Assembly (NCBI GenBank): GCA_047495785.1
Contig: JBLDXI010000017.1
Coordinates: 1,674,001-1,738,000 of the forward strand
Source: Lepidodermella squamata
Taxonomy: Eukaryota; Animalia; Gastrotricha
Reading direction: 5' to 3'
Length of the DNA: 64,000 bases
The number at the start of each line of letters is the position of its first letter. The stretch's first letter is position 1. Of the stretch, positions 51,387-64,000 are shown in pieces. A program made the translations under genes and the position numbers. The notes under the pieces are model-generated. The model ran no database searches, was not told the DNA's origin, and saw only the letters and a list, made by a program, of their open reading frames with translations.

Positions 51387-52792
51387 CTAAACAACATGCC
51401 GATCTGAGGGTCTAGGCATGACTTTTTGACCCGACACGTCTCGAACACTGTCGGGGCCAATGTCTTGCTCTTCGAGAAGGGCCTGATGTTGAGGTCCTGT
51501 TGATAAAAGACCGCCTAACCGCCTGATGCCGTCATCACCTGGCCGTCCAGTCAGCCCTTTATCGCCGCCGTGATTCGCGCAACAACAACATTTCCGAAAT
51601 TCTTGCGATCCCATAACGCATAGCCAAAATTTCAGCCCGAACGAGAGTAAAGGCGCTAGTTCGAAAACGAGGAATTCGATCAGCTGAAATAGCTGAGTGT
51701 CACTCTGAGTCGGGTGGATATATCGAATGATAAGTGCGTAGATGCTGAAGCACGCGAGCGGCAATTGCGCGAACATGTGGCAAAACGTGACGGGCAAAAA
51801 TTGACGGCCGTGCCTTGCTTGAGCCGAGCCGTGGTAGACCTTGCGATTTGAGTATTTGACAATGGTTACATTCATAGTGAACACGCAGCAGAACGGGATG
51901 ATGTAGCCGGTGATTAGGCCGATGCCGATTTGACGATAGCCGATTTCGTACGGCACAATGCCCGACCAGCATGAATCGGTGATAGGGAAACCAACGGCGA
52001 AACGGCGTTGTTCGTAGAACAGAGCTCGAGCAGCGGTGTTTTGCGACCGAGAATCGAATAGGTGAACCAGAACGACGTCGGGAATCAAGAGAAGAGCGGC
52101 TGAGATACCGATTATCGAAATTATGAGCCATCCGATGCGACGATCGCCGATCTCGCCGCCGAACAGACGCAGCGTTGTGAACATTGCCATATAGCTAAAT
52201 AAAATAAAATAAAAAATCCTCCTTAACCAAATTAATAAAATATAAAAAAAATGTCGATAAGTTCCTATAGAAAGCTCTCTATAATATTTGGAATAATCGC
52301 CCGAAAATGTTCGTTTGGCTCGGTAATTATATATTCAATAATGCAGCTCCCTTAAAAAAGTTGCAATATTTGTGTAACATTTTTTTTTATTTACCTGTCG
52401 ATGGTGAGCGCAACAATGACCCAATTATCAACCAAGCGAATCCAGCTGTAGACGTACGACAAAATGCGGCATGAAAAGTCGCACCAGAAGAAAATATTAG
52501 GCAACTCCGGCCAGTAGAACTCGCTGGCGTAGCGGTAGGCAAGAAATCCCACGCTGAGAATCTCGAGAATAGCCGCAACTTGCAGGTAACACGTCCAGTG
52601 GTTTTTACGCTTGGCTGGCCAGCCGCATGTTGTTACAATGAACAGGATGAGAAGGGAGAATACGCTCAAACCGCAGAGGCCAACTAGGGTTAGCTTCATC
52701 GATTCGAAAATCGGCTGGTGGCCACTGACCAGATTCTCCAACATTCTATTAAGTTGGCCTTTTTCGTTCATTACAAACGAAGGCAACAACAT
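51387..52792 (-). CDS. Divergent class A GPCR, peptide-receptor-like, 2 exons
   Basis: Seven hydrophobic segments, TM3 Cys, WVIVALTID, YIIPF, QLP, helix 8 GSQEFRKCCC; intron 52394-52195. Confidence 0.75.
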
Positions 52793-55700
52793 CTTGCTTT
52801 TCTAACAAAGGTAAAACCTATTAAAAACGTAGCAAAAAAAAATTATTCCGATTTACAGCGCCCTTGAAACTGGCTTTTGATGTATAATCGTATTGGACGC
52901 GCCGCAATCTTGACGCAGTTAGCTTTTAGCTAAATTTTAATTAAAGGTTCAATGTGGCGTGTTCAATAAAACGCATTAAGGCGGCGTGCGCGTATAAATG
53001 CGCGCGCGTCACGAGACGCTACAGGCATATCAGAGTAGGAATTCGACGGCTCATCGTCGCGCGCAGTCACTGCCCGTTGTCCCCTGTGCGATGATAATTA
53101 TTGTATAGCATTACTTAGTATCTAGTTACAAGCCCTGATTATCTGTTTAATGGCTCGGAATGGCCAGACGGGAGTCGCGACGCTGAGGTTTATCCTCAAT
53201 GATACTTGTAATAAATAAATAAATGTAATTTTCGATCATCAATCGACATCGAAACAGTAGGTATGAGAAGCCGGAGAAAGAAATAGGCGCAGCCACATTG
53301 TCGCAGCCGTCAGATAATAATAGCGATGACCAGATGCGGATCGATGTTAAATTAGTTGAGCCAGAGAGATGGACAAGTGTCATCGGGCCAATTTTTTTAT
53401 TGAATTTATTGTCAAAACCGTCACGGTGCACAGTTTTTAGGCCGTTTCAAGTAATGACAAAAATACAATAATAAAAGTTATTGCCAATAAAAGCGCGCGC
53501 TTTTTCGATAAATAATCTACGTAATTTTATTTGAATACAAAATTCCGTGATGCTTCGAGTACAGGAAGAGGAATATTTGCCGCGTTTAAAAAAAGATAAT
53601 ATAAATAGTCAAAAAATTCCGAGGACTATTAGCTGCACTGAGGCACGACATGAATTATGCTGGTATAATTATACCTAAGATGTTTTATCCGCTCGTAAAA
53701 ATAAATGTCTCATACTAAAAGTATGCAGTGTTTGCATTTTTTATTGCGAAAAAATAACCGACGCGCACTCGTCGTGAAATGAGGCGAATATTCGGCGCGA
53801 AAAAAGTTATAGCGCAGCACACACTTCTACTCCACCAGCGCAATGAGGCGGAAAACAAATAACAAGGCCAGGTGAAGATGATTTGCAGGTAGCGCGTGTG
53901 GGTAAAAGAAGATAAGTTGCTATTCCGTAATTGGTGCAAATTGTTGTTGTTTCAATGGCGGCTTTTACCAGCCGCCGAGATTTGTAATAAGTATATAGTA
54001 TAGCGGTTTAAGGCCGGGCGCGATATAGCTCAGCTGCTCAACTTGCTGCCTCGTCGGCTTTTTAATACCTAATATAGCCGCTATTATTTTGTTTTTATTA
54101 AAAATCTCCAGAGTCGGTCCGGCGCTATGTTGTTAAATGTTAATATTGTTATGAGACAAAAACAGTCAGAATATATAGTAATAATACCTTTTCATAAGCT
54201 GTGAGTCTCGGCGCCATTTTTATTGTTCTTACGCGAGAAAGCGTTAGATTATGCGCGCTCACAATAAAAATTGTTAGGCGTTGATGTGATTGTTGAAAAA
54301 AGGCGCAAGCGCGCATAAACCAGCCGCGCTCGCTTTTTGATGATGCCGCGACTATGAGATGAGATAATATTTTTATTAAGTGAGGATAGCATCGCTATAC
54401 ACCGGCAACGTGTTATTTATTAAAAATAACACCCAAACACCGGTTTGCTAGAGCAAATATATATATATACAGCGCAAAATTAACTTCAAACCCGCCTTTT
54501 TGTTGCGCTAAAAATGCGCGCATGAATTTTTGAGCTTGAGTAAACCTTGCAGCGTAAAAATTTGTTTTATCGGCTAGCCGGCTTCATTAACATTTTGTAG
54601 AGCAGCAAAAAGTATAGCATTCATTGATGAAACGTTGAGAGGTGTATTTGGCACATGTTGGCCATGTATATCCGGGGCGGTGTAAGCGAAACGAACATGG
54701 TCTGTGTCTCATTAATTAATAAATATCGGGCTTTATTAATATTATTTTTGTTGTTTACGGTTGCGCCCGGCCTCGCCCGGTCTAATATAATATATTGGTT
54801 ATATTGCGGCCGCGAAACGTTTTCCGCCCGGCTAGGGGCTTCATCACGCGCATCGCAGCCGGCATAAAAGAGATAGTTGAGGATAATAAAATGAGGTGCC
54901 AGTGTTATATTAATTAGGCAACAACAGGGTGCTTGAAAAGGCGCTAAAAGCCTTATATTAATTAACACAATAATTATTTGTTTAGCCGGTGCCGCGAACA
55001 CGTGTATAGTTCAGGACACCCTACAAGCGCATCCTTTTCCGGGTGAAAGGGCGCACTGAGTGAAGGCGCCGCTAATTTAATTTAGGCACCTTTCGGGAAG
55101 CGAACCGACACAGGCGGAGACAGCAAGTAATCATAATTAGATCACGATAATAAATCTTACATATGTGGAGTCAAAATTTGTAGTGCACCGCGCGCTGTAT
55201 TGTGCGAGCGCTCTTGCTAATAAACAATTTATTATTTATTTATTTGCTATATATTTTGTGTGAAAACATGTAATTATAACAAGTTGCCTGGCATCAAAAT
55301 GCCACCTTAAAAGCAAGTGTGGTCATCATTATCTCGTCGCAGCCGGGCCGCGTTTCTAAGCCGAGCTAAAGCCGCAGACTGGAATTTACAGTTGTTACTA
55401 CTCTAAGGATATTCTCTTGTGGTTTTCTTTCAATTTTGCAGCAACATTATGGTATAATAGCAAACGCAAAAATAATAATAATTAAAAATTGAGAGAATGG
55501 CGTATTAATGGCGTAATTATTCTACGATTTGGACGAGGGTATAAAAGCAAATTTAGCGTCGCCCGTTGAGCGTGTTTTGCTGCGGCCTAAAAACAGTTCT
55601 CAAAACAAAGCTAACGCTAAAAACGGCCCGACTGGCCACACAGAGGGACGCCATCAATCAACAGCGATCGGATTTCGCGCGCCTAAAATATATACCTATA

Positions 55701-57731
55701 GCCGGCTAATATAAAACGTCGGCTGCTGCTGACTAAAAGGCCGCCGAAAAATAGCATTAATGTTTATTATTTGAATGAAACATGGCAAAATTTCGGAGAC
55801 GAATATAGGCAATGAAGAGCGTCAAGCGTGGGTCATTTCCGCACCTGCATCGCACCTACAACTAAACATTCGTTTGTAAAACCGCGCAATAATTGCCTTC
55901 ATTAAAACGCCACTACGTATAATATTAATGTAATAGGAATCACGCCAATTAACGCCTTTGAATGAATTAATATGAAACGTGCGCTATTTCCGAGCAATTG
56001 CGGTCACTTTCCCAGAAGTAATAGCTGAGGTAGTGAGTAAAATCCGAATATATAAGAGAAAAAAGTTTGCACTGGTGATTTAGGAGTAATATCGTGTTTT
56101 CAGCAGGTGGTAAGTTATTTTCTATGGGCGCGCTTTAGTTTCTCACTGGCCTGTTAAATTATTCATTGTATCCAAGCGTAGTGGACGAGAGAGCGATGAT
56201 GGACAGCAGAGTCGATTTGGTACCTGAATTGGCTTTGTTCAAAAACTTAGTCAGCTACTGGCGCCGTAGTCACAAAGAGACGAAAATAAGTCCTTTCCTA
56301 CGAAAATTTCCGATATGACAGCAAAATGTTTATCAGAATATTCATCTTTCCTACTCCGAATTCGCGACTCGAGCCAAAACTTATGGACTGGAAATATATT
56401 TGCGATGGCATTTTTTTGCTGTGCTGCCTACACAATAACACAAGTGTATAATTCGAGACCAAATTCATGTTTTATAATCGAATTCACATCGGCTTTTTAT
56501 TACTCCCTCGTTACCGGTTAGAATTGTAAACAAAAATGGGTCATTTTAACTTCTTCGACTCAAGATATCATTTTCGTAAATAATAACAAATAAATGCAAA
56601 GATGAACGCTAATTTGGTTAACAAAAGTTGCGCACGGTCAGGAATTTGTTGAGTTAAAAATAAAAATGTCTCACACGCGCCCGAACTATTTTTAGCTCCA
56701 AGCTTGGGTTAACATCAGCTAAAAATAAAAAGTGTAACTCGAACATACCAAACAGTTATTAGTAGTAAAAGTATGAATATTCATAAGGTGCTAATTTTAA
56801 TATTTCGAAGCCCTCAAAGTTGATAATTATGTCAGAAAAATTCCGGAAAAATTATTTTTGATTTGTCGACACCTTATTCCAACTGCTCAAATTTTTCTGC
56901 ATTTTATGGCACTCAACTAAGAATGTCCTAGTCTCATGACACATCATGAATATATTCATATTCTTGAAACTATACCCCCTTCCTTGGAGCTATTTTTGGA
57001 GCTCATGGGAAAGGCGTCATTTTGGTCCGTTTTGCAGGAGACAAACAGCCTAATTTAGCACGTGCGTAAAAGTTCAACTAGTGTCGCCTCAATTCCACCG
57101 TGTGGATCTTTTGATTGTCATACTGTATATTAATTTTCTCATTTTTCTCCAATATTTTACTGAGATGATGTCGGGTTGGTAACTGTAGGGCCGCGCTTAA
57201 GAATGATCTGTTCGGGAAATTTCAATTTTTTCATCGAAAGAACCCATCGACCGAGCTGGATCCTTGATTTGGCGACGGCTTCAGACCCTGATGGCTTTCT
57301 TCGAAAACCATTTACCGCCGCCTCCAATGAATTCAAGATCCTCACTATTTTCATTCTAATCGACAGATTTTTTATTCAAATCTTTTATGTGATTTGTGAT
57401 CTTACTTGAAATTGTACTCATTTTATTTTACGAAACAACGATTAATTAAGCTGGATTTTGCACACCTATTTTCTAGGTCGCTTTTAAAGCTTTTAATTGA
57501 CCTAAAAAATGGGTCACGCCACGATCTATTATACGCTCACCCTCGCCGTTTTTCGGTCCGTTCTCTCGATGATGGTCAAGTTTAATCAATTCTCGACAAA
57601 ACAATAGTTCAAAATCGATTTCTGCAAATCCGAGTTTTTTCAACCACCACGGACCGCCTCAACTTGTGCCGTACACCCCAGTCATTGGCTTCAGGAAGCT
57701 CGACTGAGCAGCGGCGACTGCAGTATATATA

Positions 57732-58155
57732 CTGTATATCTACTAATTTTCGGTGGTCACTAATTTTCGGTTTTGGAGATTTCGGACCTGTACTTTTAAT
57801 TTCGGTGGATTTGAATTCGGTTTGAGAGTAGATCCTGAGAAAAAATTCGAAATTAGTCACTTGAAAATTGATTTCAGTGCTTCAATTTCGTGTTTTTACA
57901 CGCCATGCGGAGATAATCACTGCTTTAGCAGCGTCAATATCTGCTGCTTCCAATATCCTTACTACCTAAAATTGCAGGTAACACAATTTTGGCACATTTT
58001 ACCCTACTTTACCATGATAAAGCTGTATTGTAGAAAAGAACTATAAATTGGCCTAATTTATTTTCGGTGATTTTGAATTCGGTGTTTCCTCAAAAACACC
58101 GAATTCAAAGATCAAACCGAAAATTAGTGACCACCGAAAATTAGTAGATATACAG
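57732..58155. mobile_element. 424-bp MITE with 42-bp perfect TIRs and TA TSD (Tc1/mariner superfamily, Tc2/pogo-like end)
   Basis: TA|CTGTATATCTACTAATTTTCGGTGGTCACTAATTTTCGGTTT ... reverse complement|TA. Confidence 0.9.
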
Positions 58156-58292
58156 TATTATAAAAGACGTGGCAACCTTTTTCAACCTTTGTCACCAATG
58201 CTTTTATTTTTGATATCGTGTTAAAGGTTTTGATACGTATATAATTCGGAGGGCAAAAATTAAAATTTGCAAATATCTGATGGCGATGAGTT

Positions 58293-59686
58293 TTATTCTT
58301 CCAACTGGAATCGCAGGCTCTTTTTCCGGGTAACGACTCGCGTCGACACTGCCGGGTCGGAATGTCTCGGCCGCGATGACATCGGTATCACGGTTAGCCT
58401 CGCGACCTTCGACCGGCGATGAGCCCGCTTAATAGTGGCAAATATTGACTGAACAAACGGATTGAGCACCGGAGCTAACGGAGATAGCCAGTAGCTTATT
58501 GTTAGCACGATAGGCGGCACGTGATTTTTTACTTGTTCCGCGTCGAGTTGCGTCGACAGCGTCACGAACATGACGAGGTAGACGAGGCCGTTGAGCAGGT
58601 AGAACACTAGGATGGACGTAGCCATCAGTTGAGCGACGTGAACTTCACGTTCAAACGCGAGCCGGGCTTGCCGGTTCGCGTCGTAACACCGCTTGCCAAT
58701 TTCTAATTTTCGGCTAAACCGGTAAGCTCGAACAAATACCCACATTCTCCTAGATTTTTGCAAAAATAAAATTAATTAAAATTAAAATTAATTAATTAAG
58801 GTAAACTAATTAATTTAATCAATTTAATTTTATATGATAATTTAGATTAAAATAAAAATAAAATAATTACTTACGAATAATTGACGGTATTTAAAACAAT
58901 CGGCAAGAAAGTCGTGCTCATAACGACGAAATATTTGAACACAACCTGGTTAAGGTTCGATGGGACCGGCAGTAGGCCACATACCATGATCGGCCAGTTG
59001 CCCATACCGGCACCGTCAATTGGCAACAAAAATGTCCGGGCTACGCCGAGAAAAACAAATGGATAACTCCACATGACGCCGTTGAGTAGAAAAAGCAGGC
59101 CGATGAGGCAAATTAGGGAGCACCAGCTCATGCCGGGTAGGCTTTCAACGCCGGGAGTAGCCGCGGTCATGCTGGCTAATTTGCACTGCCTCCCGACCGT
59201 GCGAAACCGCTCGTAACTGATCAGCGTGAACAGCCAGTTTATTAAGGTGGTTAGGGCGAATCGGCTGCCGATAACAAGAGCGCAGCCCGAGGTGCCGCTG
59301 AAGTACCAGTCATTGTACAGCCTGGACAAGGCTCCAACCAGGGCGACGGCTGCCAGTAAACAGTTGGCGAGGGTTAATGTGAATATAAGGAGGAGAAATT
59401 CAGGTCGAACGCGTTGGTTGTGGAAGCGATGTAGAGCGATAGAGTTCGTGACAAGAGCCAGGCAAAACAAAGTTATGGAGAAGGCAACTTCTAACGGCGT
59501 GCAATAGCTTCCTCTGTTGAATTGCTGGTCGTACAGGTAAATGCAGGGCGGGGGAATTTCGGTGCCATTTTCATCGGCCACTCGCCACTCGGCGGGCACC
59601 TGTTTGCGTGGGAGGCACACCCAGGACACGTTCAACGGCCCTGTAACCCTTCGATTAACGTTATAGCCGAGAAAGCAGCCATCCAT
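58293..59686 (-). CDS. Class A GPCR, 2 exons
   Basis: TM1 Asn, TLTLAN, WYFSGTSGC, ISYERF, TM4 Trp/Pro, FLPI, TM7 VLNPFVQ. Confidence 0.82.
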
Positions 59687-60071
59687 AACGCAGGGTTAAG
59701 GTTAATCGAGGTTTTATTACAGTTAATTGACACACTAGTCAGCTGCATTAATTTAACGTGTTGGATGGCAGCAGGGAAAAATCATTCCATTAACATTAGT
59801 TTTAAAGCTATTTAGTATAAGAATAATGAAGGTGCAAATTTTGTCATTTAATATTATTTAAGCACGTGCCTATTGTTGGGAGTTACACGCGTTTGAGTTC
59901 GAACCATTGAGGAACTGTGAAGAGCGAAGGCCAAAAAGCAAAAAATTCGAAAGATTATATCACACGCATCGATTTTTTTATTGGTGATTCACAAATAGAT
60001 TGCTATATATATATATTTGGTAGATATGGAATCCGGAGCAAAATATTCTCATCATCAGAAAAATTCAAAAT

Positions 60072-60791
60072 ATGGATTTACCGGGGATTGATGACAGCTC
60101 AAGATCCGATGCCATGAGAAATCTCAAATAGTTGGCAAAATTATAGGTCAAAGAGTAACTTGGCGAAATTTAGAAGGAGGCTTTGTTACAGGGTGGGTTG
60201 AAACTCCCGCCAATTATGGTCACATGGTATAATCAAGCACGTGACCCACACAACTATCTTAAACTCTTTCGCAATTGTTGAACTTCTTGAATTTTCCAAA
60301 ATCCTCATAATAACATGACCTAATTTAATAAAGCGCATCCTGCGCAGTTGCAAAAACAAAATGAGGCAATAAGTTGGAAAATCACCGAATAAATAAGCGG
60401 AGGCAATTTCCAACATCGCTCGTTGGTGAAATGAATTCAAATTCTTCGGAATTTCTTGGCACAACACAAATTTCAGCCCTAATAGAACCGTTTTATAAAT
60501 TGAGCTTATACAGTGGGAAGAGACAATAATGTTTTCTAACTGGTTCAGAGTTTGCTTACGGAGTATTATTAGAGCGAATGATCTTTCAACAATTTTATTC
60601 GAAATATACCTCATTCCATTCTGACAGTTAAAGCGGCCTGAGTTGCAGCTGAAATAGCATGACTGTGCAAATGTTGAGACCACGCTCAAGCGACGTCAAG
60701 CGCCGCAGTTGCACCTAGAAATTTGGGGAAAAGAACACCTTACGATGAGTGCTCATATTGTCAAGATGTTTATTATTTCGCAGATGAGTAA
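60072..60791 (+). pseudogene. Possible BEL/Pao-type gag relic with many in-frame stops
   Basis: One frame gives LKLPPIMV...Y...P.NY..F and a terminal CSYCQDVY(Y)FADE knuckle-like motif; 18 internal stops; the in-register antisense frame is open for 167 codons. Confidence 0.35.
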
Positions 60792-61368
60792 GCTAAAATA
60801 TCTGGAAAAACTTTATCCATCAGGTTTTCTGAATTTTTTACCGGGATAAAATCGGATAAAAATTCATCGAGATATGAATTTTCGAAAATTAGCAGCAAAT
60901 TATTAATAAAAATATGGGTCACGCTAATTGCGCGCGCAGCCCGAAATACCATGTCATAAAACCGCCTTAATTCAGAATTCGCAGAAAAAATAAAATAATG
61001 GGAAGGCTAGAAAATTGTACGTTATGGTCTCAATTAAAAAATGTTTGCAATTGCTGACCGGCATTAACATCTGAAATAAAATAAAATCTGATGAAGAAGT
61101 AAGGCGATTGACCTAGTTTTCACCAAGAAGTTCATCTATCGGTTATTAATCAAGGAGATATCTTTTTGTTTTAGCTGAACGCGATTTTTTCATTATACTA
61201 TTAATTAATTTGTCCCCATGATATATCGTGAAAAACTGCGCATCAAAGACCAATTTTATTTCAACAAGACAATTTACTATAATAATAAATGCGTACAAGA
61301 GCATGAACCAGTTGAAAAAATCAAATAATCGCATCATTGGCACATTATTTCAATGGAAAATTCAGAAG

Positions 61369-62729
61369 TTAATCGAAGTCGATAAGCGAGCCGAAGAAAA
61401 CGACCTGGTCGCCCTGGTAATCTGGTGTCACAACAACGGCAGCACATTTCGCTGCGCCACCAGCAAATTCGAAGGGCTCGGCGCCACTCGGAGCGTGAAG
61501 AACGGCAATATCATTCGCCATATACGTCGGAGGCATACCCGACCTAATAAATGTCGATATAGTTTCATCGCCGTCAGGAGAAACGACCTGAAAAAAATTG
61601 AAAAATTAATTAGAATTTTTTCAATTTTTCAGAAACTTACGTCTATTCGACTGGTGCCTTTATGAGCGATTAAAATGTTGCCCTGCTGGTCGAAAGCTAC
61701 TGCCTTGGCATTTTGGTAGGACGGTGCCCCGATTTGCCTCGCCAAGTCTGTGAGTAATCGGCCAGTATTCGGGTCGATAGGCACCGTGTTCAAGTACTGC
61801 CCGCCGTGGGTGTTATACAACAACCGGCCGTCCGGGTGCACACCTAGAACCTTAGACTGGCCGAAAAACGCGTCTTTCGGGAAATTTACCAGCCACTTGC
61901 CGCAGCAAGTCCAGTCGTCGAGGGAGTAGCCAACAATATGGCTGGCTTCTGCGGTGAAAAGGCGCCGGCATGGCGCCGAACACGCAATACCCCGTTTTGT
62001 GACCGTAAGATCGAAACTCCGCTGAGTAAGGTGGACGTAGACGTCATCTTTCGTCCAAACTGGTGGTTCAAAAGAATTAAGCTGGCCGCGGTAAACACAT
62101 ACGATTTGACCATTTATCGGGTTCCGCGTTAGACTAGTCAAATGCTGACCGGGGGTGCAGCTGTCCCCAGGGCCAAATTCTACCTGGTACGTAGATTCAA
62201 TCGTGCCAGTCGGGTTGAAAATCTACGAAAAAAACAAGTATTTCGGGGCTATAACGATGAAAAAATCGCTTACATGAATTCGATGTGTGTTCCAAACTGC
62301 GAGTTGGTTGCGTTCTGGCATAGCTACGACGTGATTAGGCTTCTTCAGCATAGTTCCCATGCGATCGACGCCTTGAAACGTAGCCACGACCTGCATTTCA
62401 TCGTAGTTAATTTTAGCATCGCCCGGCTCACATCGCCGCCTTTTCCGTGTCTTCTCGTCCGCCGTATTGCCATTCGTTGGACTTGCCAGCGTTATCTCAC
62501 CGATTGGTAACTTCAGCAGATTGCTAACAGTTAGTTCAAAAGTGACGTTTTCTTTGAAACGGGCGGTAACTAAGGCCTCGAGCGGCGCCGAGTTGGCCAA
62601 TTTTCGGAATTCGGTAATCATTCGAGTTTGTTCGATCTGAAGATGAGCTACCATTTTGTGAACGATAGCCGCCGTTTTCAGCTCCAGCCGGCGCTCCATC
62701 ATTTGAACAAACGTTTCAGGGTCCATCAT
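61369..62729 (-). CDS. Coiled-coil + NHL-like beta-propeller protein (TRIM-NHL-like, no RING/B-box)
   Basis: N-terminal helix ending FKENVTF...LLKLPIGEI; PNHVVAMP, LGVHPDGRLLY, AKAVAFDQQGNILIA repeats. Confidence 0.65.
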
Positions 62730-63374
62730 TTTTGGGGTTGAAAATGCGGGCAATTAATTTAATTTGATTATTTATTCTACAATGAAAGCAGCAGTGATTT
62801 GCGTCCGGAAGAAGTCAAGTCTAGCTACGCTATATTAAAATGAGCTATTTAAGCAACACGCAGCGGATATGGCCCATTTACGCACCTTGTATGGGCTAAG
62901 AAACTTTGAAGCGGCTTGTTTTATTATTTATAGCTCACAACGCGCATACACTTCGCGCGTAAAACAAGGAAAAGACAACAATTTTCATAAAATATTTAAC
63001 TAAATGGTCGCTCGTAATGAGACACCGATCTTATTGCTAGCCAGGGCGCATTTTAAACAGTATTGATTGTACATATTTTCTCCAACGTTTTGTGTATATT
63101 CACGGACACTTCACGCCCGGTGTTTGTGTGTTTACCTTGCAATATCTGTCGTAGAAACAAGTAGCCATATATCCGGTTGTGTGTTAATTTTATGCAATGG
63201 TAAGATTGTTTCCGCTTCATTCTTGTTTACAGTGGCCGTCTTACTTCAGGCATAGGAATTTCATGCAAGTATACGCCAAAATCATTTGTGTGCTGGATTT
63301 CAATTAATCGAATACATCAATAACAAAAATTGACCCAACAAATTTCAAGATTTATTCATCAATTTAACGCAAAA

Positions 63375-63656
63375 TCAGTCCAGTTTATTGTTATCAGATG
63401 CTGCAGGCTCTTCAGATGATGCCGAAGGGTCCCGTTGAATACGCAGCTGGCCGAATGGTGTTTTCAGCAGCCGATCGAGAAGTGCATTGAAAACTGGATT
63501 TTCCCTGAAATGAATATTCGGGTCATTACTGGACGTAATTAGGCTGCTAGCTTCGGCAATTAGTTTTCCTCGCTTCGCCAACAACTCCTCGATTGCGTGT
63601 GTAATTTTCTCAGAAAGGTCAGCTTCGATTTTGCCAAACTCACTCGAGTCATCCAT
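63375..63656 (-). CDS. Small coiled-coil protein related to the N-terminus of the NHL gene
   Basis: FRENPVFNALLDRLLKTPFGQL motif shared with both neighbours. Confidence 0.55.
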   Translation of the reverse strand: MDDSSEFGKIEADLSEKITHAIEELLAKRGKLIAEASSLITSSNDPNIHFRENPVFNALLDRLLKTPFGQLRIQRDPSASSEEPAASDNNKLD

Positions 63657-63705
63657 TTCAAATTTTATCAAATATTTCGCTAAATTATTCGGGTATAAAC
63701 ATTAT

Positions 63706-63951
63706 TTATTTTTCTTGACGTTTATTTTTCTTGTGTTTTTTCGGCGATTTTTTATTTTCTGACACCGAAATTATTTGCGTTTCCAGGAGTTGAGATAGGA
63801 TTTCATCAAACTCTTTGTTTCTCTCGAATTCCATCACCGACCCGTTTTTCACGCCTTTGTCAATATTTTCAATCAATCTGTCGCGTTCTTTGTCTAGAGC
63901 TGAAGTTAAACGCTCTAACAAATCAGCCAATACCCTGTCAACATTCGACAT
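63706..63951 (-). CDS. Small coiled-coil protein of the same repeat family with a basic tail
   Basis: FERNKEFDEILSQLLETQIISV motif; KKSPKKHKKNKR tail. Confidence 0.55.
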   Translation of the reverse strand: MSNVDRVLADLLERLTSALDKERDRLIENIDKGVKNGSVMEFERNKEFDEILSQLLETQIISVSENKKSPKKHKKNKRQEK

Positions 63952-64000
63952 TGGACATGAAAATTATCTAAAAAATTGGTAAAAATTTGATTTGTTTATT

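Noticed and set aside
52900-57700. Short ORFs in a long intergenic region
   Set aside because: No domains or consistent exon structure; likely regulatory DNA.
60186-60689. 167-aa minus-strand ORF
   Set aside because: No motifs, non-ATG start, antisense-like composition; better explained as the shadow of a decayed plus-strand frame or as chance.

Overview
This is gene-dense DNA from an invertebrate animal with a compact genome (mostly ~45-60 bp GT-AG introns, no obvious CpG depletion); the taxon cannot be fixed from the sequence. Host genes in order: FERM protein (runs off the left end), folate-receptor-family protein, SWEET transporter, TBCE, PHF20-like double-Tudor protein, a large multi-C2H2 zinc-finger protein, two Sushi-TM genes, a LIV-1 ZIP transporter, a divergent Cys-loop subunit, a J-domain-TM-RING-H2 protein with a RING-less paralog, a PAP2 phosphatase, two tandem nAChR-like subunits, four intronless Tyr/Cys/Pro-rich small genes, a stoned/stonin gene, two divergent class A GPCRs, and coiled-coil/NHL-type genes. 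Mobile DNA: an apparently intact two-gene PIF/Harbinger element, a decayed Mutator-like element with a SWIM plus OTU deubiquitinase module in an intron, a TA-flanked MITE, and a possible hypermutated gag relic. Best leads: the J-TM-RING ligase pair, splice acceptors just before many ATGs in tightly packed same-strand genes (possible operons with SL trans-splicing), a possible Myb-transposase fusion splice, the OTU-carrying transposon, the Tyr/Cys-rich family, and StonedA-like plus StonedB in one ORF. Exon models were read by eye and no database searches were run.
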